NCBI GenBank assembly: GCA_964106915.2
Contig: OZ066922.1
Strand: one strand, 5' to 3'
Source of the DNA: Podarcis gaigeae
Taxonomy: Eukaryota
DNA: 64,000 nucleotides
The notes below the pieces were generated by a model, which was not told the DNA's origin, ran no database searches, and saw only the letters and a program-made list of their open reading frames with translations. A program made the position numbers and the translations under genes. Below, piece after piece: positions 1 to 12,673 of this stretch. Position 1 is the first letter of the stretch. The number at the start of each line of letters is the position of its first letter.

Positions 1-2327
1 GTATCTAATTAACTGTCTTTTAATACCACACAAAATGTCAAAGAGGTATTAGAGACAGCTGAAAAAATGAGGCTAAAAATGCACAGTGTCTAGCTATTCA
101 CCGAGTACATTTGAGCATTGGAAGCAAATGGTGTTTGCCCGTGCGGGTCATGATTTGGTGCCAGATACTGCCCTGATCACAGACAACAATAATAAAGCAC
201 CCCTGGCACTCCTCATGTGCATCAAAGCTATTGGCTCATGACCAGTGATGATAATACTGTTCTTGCCAGTATATGGTCTCTTGTCTCAATTATGACCGGC
301 TTTCAGTCTTGCATGAAGACCCTGTTTATCCAGTACTCAAACCCTTGGGGAGTTAATCACAGCAAGCAAATTGCTATTCAAAACCAGGATCTCATCTTCA
401 GTATGTGGCCAGATCACTGCAGCATCCCCATCCTCCATTACTCAAATACTCACCATCACATGTGAGCTTGCCAAGCCAACAGGTTGCATTGGAAAAGGAT
501 TTCGAAGGCTAAAAGGTGGTAATAGGCTGGAGAAAGGCAATATGTTGCATAGAGAAAAGATCTGGAGGCTCACAATCTGGGGACAATGCCCAGTGAATTT
601 TAGTAGCTAAAGGGGTGGCTGAATAAGGGCTAGGCTAGATCTGATGTTGCTCACATGTTTAATGCTGATTAAATAAAAAATAAAAATAAATAGCCAGTGT
701 GGAATGGCAAGCTGGATTGGGATCATAGCTGAGGAGGAGATATTTTATCCCTTAACCCTTCCATGGTCCTGATATGAATTGGGGCCCTCCACATCTGCTA
801 TTTACAGTAGAAGAAATGCTTCCATTGGCATATTGGCAATGCTGTTATGCAGAAGTACTGGCACAACCTTCTTTTTATTTATCATCGTAGGACACTTTAG
901 GAGCCCTTTCGGGCTGGAAAGCGGAGTGAAATATAAATAAATAAATAAAGACCCGTTTGGCTCCACTGATTTTTTTCCCCAGCTGCCCAGCTGAAAAGCA
1001 GCACAAAAGGAAACAGAGATTACTTAAATAAATGATGCTGTAATATGCTTTAGGTAAGCAGCCTTGAGCTTTGGAAAGGTAGGATTCAAGGGTTTTAAAT
1101 AAATCCCTTTTCTAAATAAATCAGTCTGCATACTTCAGTCAATAATTCCCCTCCATGGCTTCATATATATTTTTATTGAAAAAGTTAAGAAATGTTCAGT
1201 ATTTACTGCTGCCAATAAACATTTACTTTTGAGCCATTTTTCAAAGAAGCCATTCATATTTTGTCTGAAAATATTTGAACTGCTACTACTGAATCTTAAC
1301 AATACAGTCTGCTGCCTTGTATTCTAGAATAGCAATGATTTCCTTTCTCCCTGACCTTACCCAGCCGTTGGGTTGGAGCCAGACCTGTACTTTTAAGCCT
1401 ATATATGTTTTCTGTCCAGCTGTGTTCAATGGAGCCTACTCCCAGGAAACTCTTCAGAGTTGAACAAGATGAAGTGTGTATTGGTTTGCAGCTATAATCT
1501 CACTGAAATCAGCAGGAGAAGTTGGTCACAACTCACTTTTAAGCTCATTGCTTCCAATTGGAACTTAAAGGATTATTAACCCAACCTGGATTCAACTCAC
1601 AGACTTTGAATGAATGAACTCTCCTGCCCACCTCTCATGATAACATAGGTGCTTCTGACCATCTCCCATAAATGTGAATGGGATTCCTGCTGGAATGTAT
1701 CCAATGGCTCTGGAATGAATGAATCAGTGTTCCCTTAGTCAGAATGTCACAATGCAAAGATCCCTTCAGAGCTGTAAGCTTTGATTTAAAATTGTAATGC
1801 TCAACCTTTTCTCACACTAACACATTCTGACTTGTAGGATCTCACATATATCACCTCCACACTGAAACTACCATAGTAAAAATAACAATTTACTTTTATA
1901 ACAATGTTATTGCACACTGTAGGGAAATCCTTCACAAGGGAAAGGAATGATATGCACACTCTGGAAAAAATATGTATCTCCATGCAATAACTGGTATGCC
2001 ATTTGGGATTTTATGCAATATCAGGAAAATGCAATGCACATTCAATGGACATTTTGTTCCTGGTAGAATATAAGAAATTGTGGACAATATCCTGCTTCTG
2101 ATAGAATAGATTCTTCGAATTTAAGTCACTTACATCCATGGATTTCAGTGGGTGTGCTATGAAACATTGGATATCACCCTATGCTCCAGAAATTATTAAT
2201 TATAATAAGGGCTGTAACTCAGCTAAATAAATGTTAACAGCACAATCCTTATCAGGTCTACGCAGAAGTGACCCCCATTGAATAAAATGGGACTTACCCC
2301 CTTATAAATGGGATTAGCATTGCGGCC

Positions 2328-3232
2328 ATTTGGACTTCCAACTTATATGAGAGACTAAATTGGGATCTCTAAACTATATGAGAGACTGGCTTCTGGAGAA
2401 CTGAGACGCTGGGGAACTAAAACGCCGATATAGCTAAAAAACGCTACCTCATAGAGACTTGGTGATACCTAGTGACACCTAGTGGCAGGATGGAGATCGC
2501 TTAATTTCTGACCGGTCTCTGCTTCCTCCTGCTCTCCCTCCCTCCCCCCTGCCCCCCAATCTGTTTCTTTCTCTTTTTCTTTGTTATATACCTTTTCTAC
2601 TAAGTGCTCTTGTGTGCCTACCCAGCCATATGGACTAGCCAGATTGGAAGCGAGATGATTTTCTGGTAGTGGAATAATTCAATCGGAGGAAAGAAGAATC
2701 TACAGGATTTTGTAGCAAGAACTTTATAGTGACTTTCTGGAAAATATTTATATATGAGACTAAACTCCGGAGAATTAAGATGCTGACATACCTTTAGAAA
2801 GCAATTTGGACTTCCAACTTATATGAGAGACTAAATTGGGATCTCTAAACTATATGAGAGACTGGCTTCTGGAGAACTAAGACGCTGGGGAACTAAAACG
2901 CCGATATAACTAAAAAACGCTAACTCATAGAGACTTGGTGACACCTAGTGACACCTAGTGGCAGGATGGAGATCGCTTAATTTCTGACCGGTCTCTGCTT
3001 CCTCCTGCTCTCCCTCCCTTCCCCCCTGCCCCCCAATCTGTTTCTTTCTTTTTTTCTTTGTTATATACCTTTTCTATTAAGCGCTCTTGTGTGCCTACCC
3101 AGCCATATGGACTAGCAAGATTGGAAGCGAGAAGATTTTCTGGTAGTGGAATAATTCGATCGGAGGAAAGAAGAATCTACAGGATTTTGTAGCAAGAACT
3201 TTATAGTGACTTTCTGGAAAATATTTATATAT
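2328..3232 (+). repeat. Tandem duplication with ~476-bp period forming the L1 5'UTR
   Basis: ATTTGGACTTCCAACTTATATGAGAGACT starts at 2328 and at 2804; copies are near-identical for ~430 bp. Confidence 0.92.
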
Positions 3233-3382
3233 ATATATAAGAGTTTGGTAACTCAGTAATATTAAGGACGGAAGGTCGGCAGAAAGAAAATTGATAAGGT
3301 CGGATATATATAAAGAAAGCATTAGGGACAACTACGGAGGGAAAGGTACTATTGGGGAGCGGTGGGAACTTAAATCTGTAAG

Positions 3383-4377
3383 ATGTCACATACACGAAAG
3401 AAGGGAACAAATGGGGGGACCCCTGGTGACAGGAGGGGCTCTAAACAAGAGGTAGATTTTAAGACAGATATTTTGAAGATGTTTGCGGAAATTAAACAGA
3501 GTCAAAACAATTTAGAGCACAAATTAGAGCAGGTAGATAATAAGATTGGGAGAATGGATAAAAAAATGGATGAAACGGTGAACGAACTCAAAGGCCAAAT
3601 AAAGGAAATATTTAGGAGAACGCAGCTCACTGAAGAAGGGTTAAAGAGGACAAGGTTGGAACTAAAGGATATAAAAAGGATAAAGAAAGGGTTAAAGCAG
3701 AAGTGATGGATTTAAATAAGGCACAGGAGGAGATGAAGGATATTATAGCGATGAATGAACTAAGGCAGAGGGAGGTGAATCTGAGGCTTAGAGCTGTACC
3801 AGAGACACAAAATGAAAATATTAAGGAGAAACTGATAAAGGAGCTAGCGGAATGGATGGGCGTACCAGTTGAGGAAATGGTCAAAAATGTACAGAACGCA
3901 TTTAGAATGCGGGTCAGTACAATGAGAGTAAAGAAATTTACAGGTGACTGCCTGATTACATTTAAGGATAAAGAAATGAGGAATAGGATTCTTCAAAGGA
4001 ATAGAGATAAGAGGCTGAATATAGACAGGAACTACATTATTATCTTCAAAGACATCCCAATCAGATTACTTAAACGAAGAGACTCTTACAAATCATTGGC
4101 GCAATCATTGAAGAAAAACAAAATCGAATTTAGATGGGAATTCCCGGAAGGGTTATCATTTACATATAGAGGCAAGAGGCATAGGTTATCAAATCAGGAA
4201 GAAACCGGGAAATTTCTGAGGAAATATAAGGAATTGAGAGTGGAGGCGAACGGTATGGGGGGAGCAGAGAGAGGATCATCAGGAGAACCAGAAGCAAAAG
4301 AGGAGGAGGAGAGGGGAGGAAGCGGACCGGACGAAGAGACAGAGGAAGAAGAAGAGGAAGACCCAGGGAATTTATAA
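3383..4377 (+). pseudogene. L1 ORF1 (coiled coil plus RNA-binding region, acidic tail), one frameshift
   Basis: ORFs 3383-3706 and 3703-4377 join via a 1-nt indel near the A-run at ~3673-3677; heptad-rich N-terminus; NLRLRAVPE and FRWEFPEGL resemble L1 ORF1 motifs. Confidence 0.85.
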
Positions 4378-4410
4378 AGAAAAGGAAAACTTAAGTGAGA
4401 GTTAGATATC

Positions 4411-7400
4411 ATGGGGTTAAAAATTTGGAGTTGGAACATTAATGGGATGAACGAGAAAAAGAAGAGGAATAAAATTGAGCAATATTTGAAAAAGAAAAAC
4501 TTGGATATTATTTGTCTTCAGGAAACGCACGTAGCCAGAAGACATAGGAAAGTATTAATTAATAAGAGATTGGGAAATGAATTTGATTCTCTGGACAGAG
4601 AAAAGAAAAGAGGGGTAGTATTGTATATTAAAAATAAGATCGAAGCCAAAACAATATTTAAAGACGAGGAGGGGAGGATGATAGGGGTCCGTATTAATTG
4701 GCAAGGAGAAAATCTGGTGGTAATCGGGGTGTACGCTCCAAACGGAAATAAGACTGAATTCTTTAAAAAATTAGAAGAGAAAACATCTGAATATGTAGAT
4801 CAGAAAATTATCTTAGTGGGTGATATGAATGGGGTGGTTTCGTTAGGAATTGATAGATACAGGGAAGGAGTAAGTAAGGAAGGGAAACTACCAAAAACTT
4901 TCTTTTCAATGGTGGAAAACTGCAATTTGATAGATATATGGCGCCTCAGGCACCCTCTAGATAAACAATTCACCTTTCACTCCGAACCAAACCAGTCGAT
5001 GTCGCGTATAGATCAGATATGGATTTCAAGTGAATTATGTCCAAGAGTTAAACTAATAGAAATAAGACCGAAAGTAATCTCAGACCATAATCCAATAGAG
5101 TTGGAATTAGAAAGCTTGGAGACAAGAACCTTCAGATGGAGACTGAAATACTATCTCCTGGATGATCAGAAAATTGTTGAAACTGCGCAGGAAAAATTGA
5201 TGCATTACTTTGCGGATAATTGTGATAAAGGAACAAAGGTTAATGTAGTGTGGGATGCAAGTAAGGCAGTGATAAGAGGATATTTTATCCAGCAGAATTC
5301 AATTTAAAATAAGATTAGAGAGAAAGGTAAAGAAGAAATCCTAAGGCAGATAATGGTAAACAAACAAAAACTATCCCAGAAACCTAACTGTCAGAAAGCA
5401 AAAGAAAGAATAAAAATTCTACAAGCCCAATTTGCCGCAATAATAAATAGAGAGGTGGAGTGGAATATCAAAAAATTAAGACAAAAAAACTTCGAATTTT
5501 CGAATAAGTCAGGCAAATGGCTTGCATGGCAAATTAAAAAGAGGAAGGAACAGAGCACAATAAATAAAATAATAGTGGGGGGGGAGAGAAAAAACTGACC
5601 CTAAAGGAATTAGGAGGGAGTTCCTCAACTACTATAGAAGTTTATATAAAAATAACGAGAGAATAAGTTTAAGGAGGATAGAGAGATTTTTGAAGGATAA
5701 AGGGGTGCAAAAACTTTCAACAGAGGAAAAACAACGACTGAATAACCCAATTGGAAATGAAGAGATAGAAGACGTAATTAAAGATCTAAAGAGGGGGAAA
5801 GCTCCTGGCCCGGATGGATTTACCGCAGGCTATTATAAAGAGATGAAATCTGTTCTGGTGGGACCCCTGAAAGAGACTATGAACAATATCTTAAGGAAAG
5901 GAGAATTCCCAGAGACTTGGAAGGAGGCATACATCACATTCATCCCTAAACAGGATGCAGATCCAACCCAAGTTAGAAATTATAGACCAATCTCACTACT
6001 AAATACAGACTATAAAATATTTGCAGGGATCCTTGCAAAAAGGTTGAAGAGGTTGCTATCAGAAATTATTCATAGGGACCAAGCGGGATTCCTGCCAGGT
6101 CGGCAGTTGAGAGATAACATAAGAAATATAGTCAATATGTTAGAATACCTATCTGTCAAGATTGATAAACAAGTTATAATGATGTTTGTGGATGCCGAGA
6201 AGGCATTCGACAATGTGATATGGGACTTCATGCTGAAAAATCTAGAATATATGGACGTGGGAAACGACTTTTTTAACGGGGTAAAAGCTATATATACAGA
6301 CCAGAAAGCTAAACTGATCATTAATAACATTGTGACAGAAGAGATAAAGATACAAAAAGGAAGAAGACAGGGTTGTCCACTCTCCCCACTTTTGTTTATA
6401 ACAGTTTTAGAAGTTCTTCTAAACTCTATAAGACAAAATCAAAAAATAAAAGGAGTGTTAATTGGACAGAATGTATACAAGATTAGAGCCTTCGCGGATG
6501 ACGTAGTAATAATGACAGAAGAACCAACAATTGCAATAGAAGAAATATTAAAGGAATTAGACCAGTTTGGGGAGGTAGCAGGGTTCAAATTAAATAAGAT
6601 GAAAACGAAAATGATAGGTAAAAATGTAGACTTAAAGACAACAGAAATAATTCAACTCCAATCGCAAATAGAGGTGGTTAAAAAAGTGAAATATCTCGGT
6701 ATTTGGCTAACACCTAAAAATATAGATTTATTCAAAAATAATTATGAGCCGGTGTGGAGGGAAATAAGAAAGGATTTGGAAATATGGGGAGGGCTGAAAC
6801 TGTCATTCTGGGGAAGGATTAATACAATTAAGATGAATGTCCTTCCACGGCTGATGTTCTTATTCCAGACTATTCCTATAATTAAGGGGAGCCGAATCTT
6901 TAAAGAGTGGCAAAGAGTGCTCTCAAGATACATCTGGCAGGGAAAAAAACCTAGGATTCAGTTCAAATTATTAACGGATATAAAAGAAAGGGGGGGTTTT
7001 GCGCTGCCGGATGTGAAACTATATTATGAGGCAGTTTGCCTCTGTTGGATAAGAGATTGGGTAAAGTTAGTGAATAGGGAGCTTCTCGATTTGGAGGGCT
7101 TCGATAATAGATTCGGCTGGCACGCCTATTTATGGCAGAACAAAAGAAAAGTACATAAGGGATTTGAAAATCATATTTTTAGAGGGCCATTAATTGAAAT
7201 ATGGGGAAAATATAAAAATTTGTTGGAACCGAAAACACCACACTGGCTTTCACCCCCGGAAGTAATGAGTGTAAAGACTATTAATATGAGAAGTAATTGG
7301 GCAACATACAGTCAGTTATTAACTAAAGAAGATGGGAAATGGAAGGTTAGACCATACGAACAAGTGAAGGACCATGTTTATGATTGGCTACACCATCTTC

Positions 7401-8173
7401 AGGTGAGTCAGATGTTCAGAAAAGATATTAAAGAAAGAGGCTATGCAGAGAAAGAGTCCAAATATCAGACGGAGATTATAAATAATGAAGAGAAAATTAT
7501 ATCTAAAATGTATAGAATACTGTTAGATTGGAACTTGGGAGACGAGGAAGTCAAATCCGTGATGATCCGCTGGGCAAAGGATGTAGGACATAGTATACTA
7601 TTTCAGGACTGGGAAAAACTTTGGAAGGATGGATTAAATTTTACGGCGTGTATAATGATAAAGGAAAATGTCATGAAGATGTTCTATAGGTGGTACTTAA
7701 CACCTATGAAACTATCGAAAATGTATAAGGTGGACAATAAGTGTTGGAAATGCAAGGACAAAGAGGGCTCCTTTTACCACATGTGGTGGGAGTGTGGAAA
7801 AGTAAAACAGTTTTGGGAAAATATCTACATTGAACTAAAGAAGATCCTAAAATATACGTTCACAAAGAAATCAGAAATTTTCCTATTAGGGATTCTAGGC
7901 CACGAGATAAAAAAAGAAGACTGTAAATTAGTATACTATGCAGTCACAGCTGCAAGGGTAGTGCTAGCCCAGATGTGGAAACAGCAGGAAACACCAACGG
8001 TGGAGGAGTGGAGATCAAAGCTGCTAGACTACGCGGAATTGGATAAACTTACAGGAAAAGTTAGGTATATAAGAGACCAAAAGTTCATCAAGGATTGGGG
8101 AAAGTACGTAGACTATCTGGAATCTATCAGTGAGGGAAAAACAACGCTAAAGGGATTCAGAGATGCACTGTGA
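4411..8173 (+). pseudogene. L1 ORF2: APE endonuclease, reverse transcriptase, CCHC knuckle; one nonsense codon and one frameshift
   Basis: EN motifs SWNING, LQETH, GDMN, SRID, SDH; RT motifs KAPGPDGF, YRPISLLN, DAEKAFD, QGCPLSP, FADD, KYLG; CWKC..HMWWEC; TAA at 5305-5307; +1 shift in G8 run 5577-5584. Confidence 0.95.
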
Positions 8174-9382
8174 TAGACTAGGAGTTATTGTGTAAAGAAA
8201 ATAGGAGATAGAGAAAGGTACAATGACAATATATGCTAAGAAATGTGTAACCCAAATTATTACTTCGAATGATTTTCGGGCAAGCTAAAGGAAGCCTCGA
8301 AAGGGAAGATTAGGTAATTTTGCTGATGTGAAAATTATAATTTTGTGTATCTTCTTTTTTATTTTTATTTTCCTTTTTATTATTTTTTATTGTTATTTGT
8401 CTGTGTAATATTCTTTTTTGTTTATCTGTGTTTTAGTCTCTATTTCCTTTATGGAATGAAGCAATAAAAAGAATTTTCAAAAAAAAAGAAAGAGAACAAC
8501 ATTCATAATGCAAAGGCCATCTGAAATAAAACTGAAACTTATCAAAAAAAAAAAGCATTGCAGCCATTGGCTGCATTCACACAGCAAATTATTGCACTTT
8601 CCTGTTAATTTCTGCATCATCTTTGAGCTTTCACAGAGCGTAAAAGACACATCCAGAAATACAGTGGAATACAGTGCAAGTATTGCGTTCATTTCTATTT
8701 AATACAAGTTTAAGGCTCATTATTTGCAAGCAGGTTTTTTTTTCTGGAAGCAAAAAACAAAGAAATGCATGCTAAACGTCTGCTGTGTTCCAATACAGTT
8801 CCACAAGTGGCTTTTCTGTCCCGTGAAAGATCTAATTATAATGTGAAAATTATAACAGTCAGGGAAACATCGGGGAAAATAAAATAAGCTGCCGTGCGAA
8901 TGCAGCCATAGTTTGTTAGTCATGATTAAGTCGATTAATTCATCAATCAAATCTGCATTACTTTGCCTATAGAAAAAAAAATCTAAAGAGGGGGAGAGAT
9001 ATTTTCTTTTTCATTTATATAATTGCAAGGGGCCAGAAGTGACACACTGCAAGATGGCAGGTGGGCGTGGGAGAGAGTGATAGCAGCAGCAAAAATGCGC
9101 AGAGAGGAAGACAGGGAGGAAAGAGTGGCTGGCAAGCACACAGCAGCAAAAGAGAGATAAGGAGCAAAGAGGGAGAGGGACCTCTGTCCCAGCAAAGACA
9201 CGGGAGCCGAATACTAATTGAAAGTGGGAGAAAAGGAAAACTGTGGAGGGAGAGGAGCAGAGTGAGACAGCTGTGAGGGGAACAGCTGTGAAAGAGTTAC
9301 AAAAAGTGATAGCTTGAGGTTGCAAGCTTAGTGGTGAGGCCAAATGTAATAGTGAACCACTACAGGTCTATGCCACACAAGG

Positions 9383-9470
9383 AATCATAGAAATGTAGCG
9401 TTGTAGAGTTGAAAGGGACCACGGGAATCATCTAGTCCAGCCCCCTGTGATGCAGGAATCTTTTGGCCCA
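9383..9470 (-). mobile_element. 3' part of tRNA-Lys/CR1-tailed SINE
   Basis: Matches the reverse complement of the tail of the copy at 14939-15086. Confidence 0.6.
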
Positions 9471-9742
9471 ATGTGGAATGCACAGGAGGTGGTTTGCTTG
9501 CTCATATTTGAAAAGCAAGGAAGAAAAGCCTCATTTTATTGTAGTGAACAATCCTGTTCAAGAAAACCATGTAGCTATTGGTTTATGCCATGCATCATTG
9601 TGCAAATTCTTCCATCAGTCCTTGCCCATTTCATCAGTGGTAAGCTAAACCCTGACTTTTTAATAAGGAAAAGTTTCTGCTCACGTATATATCTTTTTAA
9701 AGTGTGGTTTAATGCTTTGGGCAACTCTTAATTGTTTAGGTA

Positions 9743-10086
9743 GGGATGCGGGTGGCGCTGTGGTCTAAACCACAGAACCTAGGGCTTGCTGATCAGAAGG
9801 TCAGCGGTTCGAATCCCCACAACTGAGTGAGCTCCCATTGCTCGGTCCCTGCTCCTGCCAACCTAGCAGTTCGGAAGCACATCAAATAAATAGGTATCGC
9901 TCTGGTGGAAAGGTAAACGGTGTTTCCATGTGTTGCTCTGGTTCGCCAGAAGTGGCTTACTCATGCTGGCCACATGACCTAGAAGCTGTTTGAGGACAAA
10001 CGCTGGCCTATAGAGCAAGATGAGTGCCACAACCTCAGAGTCATCCACGACTGGACTTAACAGTCAGGGGTCCCTTTACCTTTACC
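9743..10086 (+). mobile_element. Sauria SINE, full length
   Basis: GGGATGCGGGTGGCGCTGTGG head, B box GGTTCGAATCC, (CCTTTA)n tail; TSD TAATTGTTTAGG at 9729-9740 and 10448-10459. Confidence 0.9.
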
Positions 10087-10097
10087 TAATTGTTTAG

Positions 10098-10444
10098 TAA
10101 AGGTAAAGGGACCCCTGATCATTAGGTCCAGTCGTGGCCGACTCTGGGGTTGTGGCGCTCATCTCGCTTTATTGGCCGAGGGAGCCGACGTACAGCTTCC
10201 GGGTCATGTGGCCAGCATGACTAAGCCGCTTCTGGCGAACCAGAGCAGCACACGGAAATGTTGTTTACCTTCCCACCGAAGCGGTACTTATTTATCTACT
10301 TGCACTTTGACGTGCTTTCGAACTGCTAGGTTGGCAGGAGCAGGGACCGAGCAACGGAAGCTCACCCCATCGCAGGGATTCGAACCGCCGACCTTCTGAT
10401 AGTCCTAGGCTCTGTGGTTTAACCCACAGCGCCACCCGCGTCCC
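10098..10444 (-). mobile_element. Sauria SINE, full length, inverted relative to its neighbour
   Basis: Reverse complement of the preceding SINE; own TSD ACCTAATTGTTTAG at 10084-10097 and 10445-10458. Confidence 0.9.
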
Positions 10445-10525
10445 ACCTAATTGTTTAGGCAGTCATAAAAGACCAACTCAATATAGTCAATACTGCATAC
10501 AGTAAATACCTCGATCACTTTGCAT

Positions 10526-10716
10526 CAGGGGTGCCAACTTGAATAAAATATTATGGGGGCCCAGGTAAGCCCCGCCCTGCATAATCGATCATATGACGCA
10601 GTGCACCCCCCCCCCACTTGAATGGGAATGGCGATCAACTTTGTGGCGGCCTGGCTCCCTCAAATATTTTATTGTGGGGGCTGAAGCCCCCATGGCCCTA
10701 AGAGTTTGCTCCTATG
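10526..10716. mobile_element. Non-autonomous hAT-like element (MITE)
   Basis: 8-bp TSD CTTTGCAT (10518-10525 and 10717-10724); imperfect TIRs CAGGGGTGCCAACT / AGTTTGCTCCTATG. Confidence 0.65.
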
Positions 10717-11419
10717 CTTTGCATGTTAACTACCAAACATAGTTAGGCAGCTGAGCTAACCAGAAATGGTATGTGCACATTTCATGAACCAGTTCTCCCC
10801 ACTGCAAAACTTTGCTCTTCTGGGTGATTTCCCCCCATCGCTTTGTGAACAGATGCAAAATGTTCATAAAGGGCAGGTATCAGGGCAAAGAGAACATGGA
10901 GAGCACAAGGCCTGTGGCTTATTATTTACTGACCCCTACATACGTTGATTCTCATTATTGTTCTTACATTTTTCATGCCGATTCCTTAATCCCACTTTAA
11001 AGCACATTGCAAATGCATAATCTCTCAACACATGCCTGAGCATGTGTATTCCACACATACAATGTACAGTAAGCAAACATTTTTGCCTACAGGTTTGTAC
11101 AGTCACGTCCTAGCTCTCACTTGCTGATAGAGAAAGGACCAAGTGACTAAATTAGAGCTACCTTCCTATCACTAGGAGCACTCCGCCATCTGCTGGACGC
11201 CTCATTTGCCTGCAGTCTTGTGAATGGGCTCTTCCGATGGAAGCAAGTCCAAAGTCCATCTGAGCTCGATGGGAATTGTTGTCAGGACAGTATGTATAGA
11301 ACTGATGTGTCTAAATTACACAGGTGCCTTGTAAAAAGGTAGCACTGTTTTTAACACTGATTGGGAGCCACCCAGAGTGGCTGGGGAAGCTCAGCCAGAT
11401 GGGCGGGGTATAAATAATA

Positions 11420-11483
<64 letters not shown>
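11420..11483. repeat. (AAT)n-(ATT)n inverted microsatellite following a LINE 3'-end fragment
   Basis: Read directly; symmetry centre between 11451 and 11452. Confidence 0.9.
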
Positions 11484-11486
<3 letters not shown>

Positions 11487-11574
11487 GCACTGTCTTAATA
11501 TGAAGCCTTTGCCAAGTACATTATTTCTATCCCTAAATAGGATATTGCTACTTTCATCTTAGATAATTTTAGAC

Positions 11575-11925
11575 AGTATGTTTCCGAGCACAATTCAAAG
11601 TGTTGGTGCTGACCTTTAAAGCCCTAAACGGCCTCGGCCCAGTATACCTGAAGGAGCATCTCCACCTCCATTGTTCAGCCCTGAGGTCCAGTGCTGAGGC
11701 CCTTCTGACCGTGAAAAGCGAGGTTACAGGGAGCCAGGCAGAGGGCCTTCTCAGTAGTGGCGCCCAGGAAATAAACATCTATCTGACTTTTAGAAGACAT
11801 CTGAAGGCAGCCCTGTTTAGGAGGTTTTTAATCTCTGATGTTTTATTGTATTTCTAATATTTTGTTGGAAGCTGTCCAGAGTGGCTGGGGAAACCCAGCC
11901 AGATGGGCAGAGTATAAATAATAAA
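11575..11925 (+). mobile_element. 3' fragment of an L2-like LINE
   Basis: VLTFKALNGLGPVYLKE and TFRRHLKAALF resemble L2 ORF2 C-termini; CCAGAGTGGCTGGGGAA..CAGCCAGATGGGC terminus also seen at ~11365-11410. Confidence 0.6.
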
Positions 11926-12673
11926 TTACTACTATTATATTATTATTATTATCTTTTGGGGGGCAAGATTTAGTAATGGCACTTGTAAGCATGGATGTTT
12001 GCATAGGAAATGGAGATAATTGGGAAGACATAAACGTTAAATACGAACTCAAGCCAGCTTGTAGGTGTCACATACAGTGATATGCCTCAGTATCACTGCA
12101 TGTCAGTTACCAAACATTGTCACGTACTAACTCTAAGCAGCCTCTCTAAGGCTTTCCAGCTGCCCAAGTCCCATAATATCTTCATGGTGCCAAATCTACT
12201 TTCCTCAGAGTCTAGCTTTTCATGAGATCTTTGACTTCTCCTTTTAAAACTTTGTTCTTAATCATAAACAAAATTCGGAAGCATTTTAAGTAGTTTTATC
12301 TACTTTTATATATTCTGTTTTGTTGATGGGCAACACAAACAATTTCCTGTAGGCTCTTTTATAAAAGCTAGCTGAGCCAACCACTGCTAATAAAGCTCTG
12401 TCCTCAAACATGAGGAAAAGATTTCAAAGGATGAGAAAATGACCAGGAAAAGGCCCAAGATCCTATTACAAGTCTTGTAATCCGACCCTAAATGTGATTA
12501 TTGAAAAGTAAGTCCCACTTTGTTCAGTGGGACCTGCTTCCTAGTAAGCATGCTTAGAATTGCAGTCTTAACTGAAGTCTGGCTTTGAAGAAATATCATT
12601 AGCACAACCTATTCATTTGACGCTATCTTAGAATCCTTTTCACCAGAGACTCAAGGGTGGTTTCCTTGTCCAT

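Larger units (their letters stand above)
2328..8487 (+). mobile_element. Near full-length L1-clade LINE (5' tandem monomers, ORF1, ORF2, 3'UTR, polyA), antisense in GRIA2 intron 2
   Basis: ORF1 and ORF2 separated by 33 nt; AATAAA at 8463-8468; A-run 8479-8487; duplicated 5' unit at 2328 and 2804; no TSD found. Confidence 0.93.

Noticed and set aside
1-2300. Further GRIA2 exons
   Set aside because: No GluA2-like peptide (expected to continue with CSQFSRGV) recognised left of exon 2; exon 3 probably lies outside the window
2300-8510. TSD for the large L1
   Set aside because: No matching direct repeat found at the two ends, so the 5' boundary is approximate
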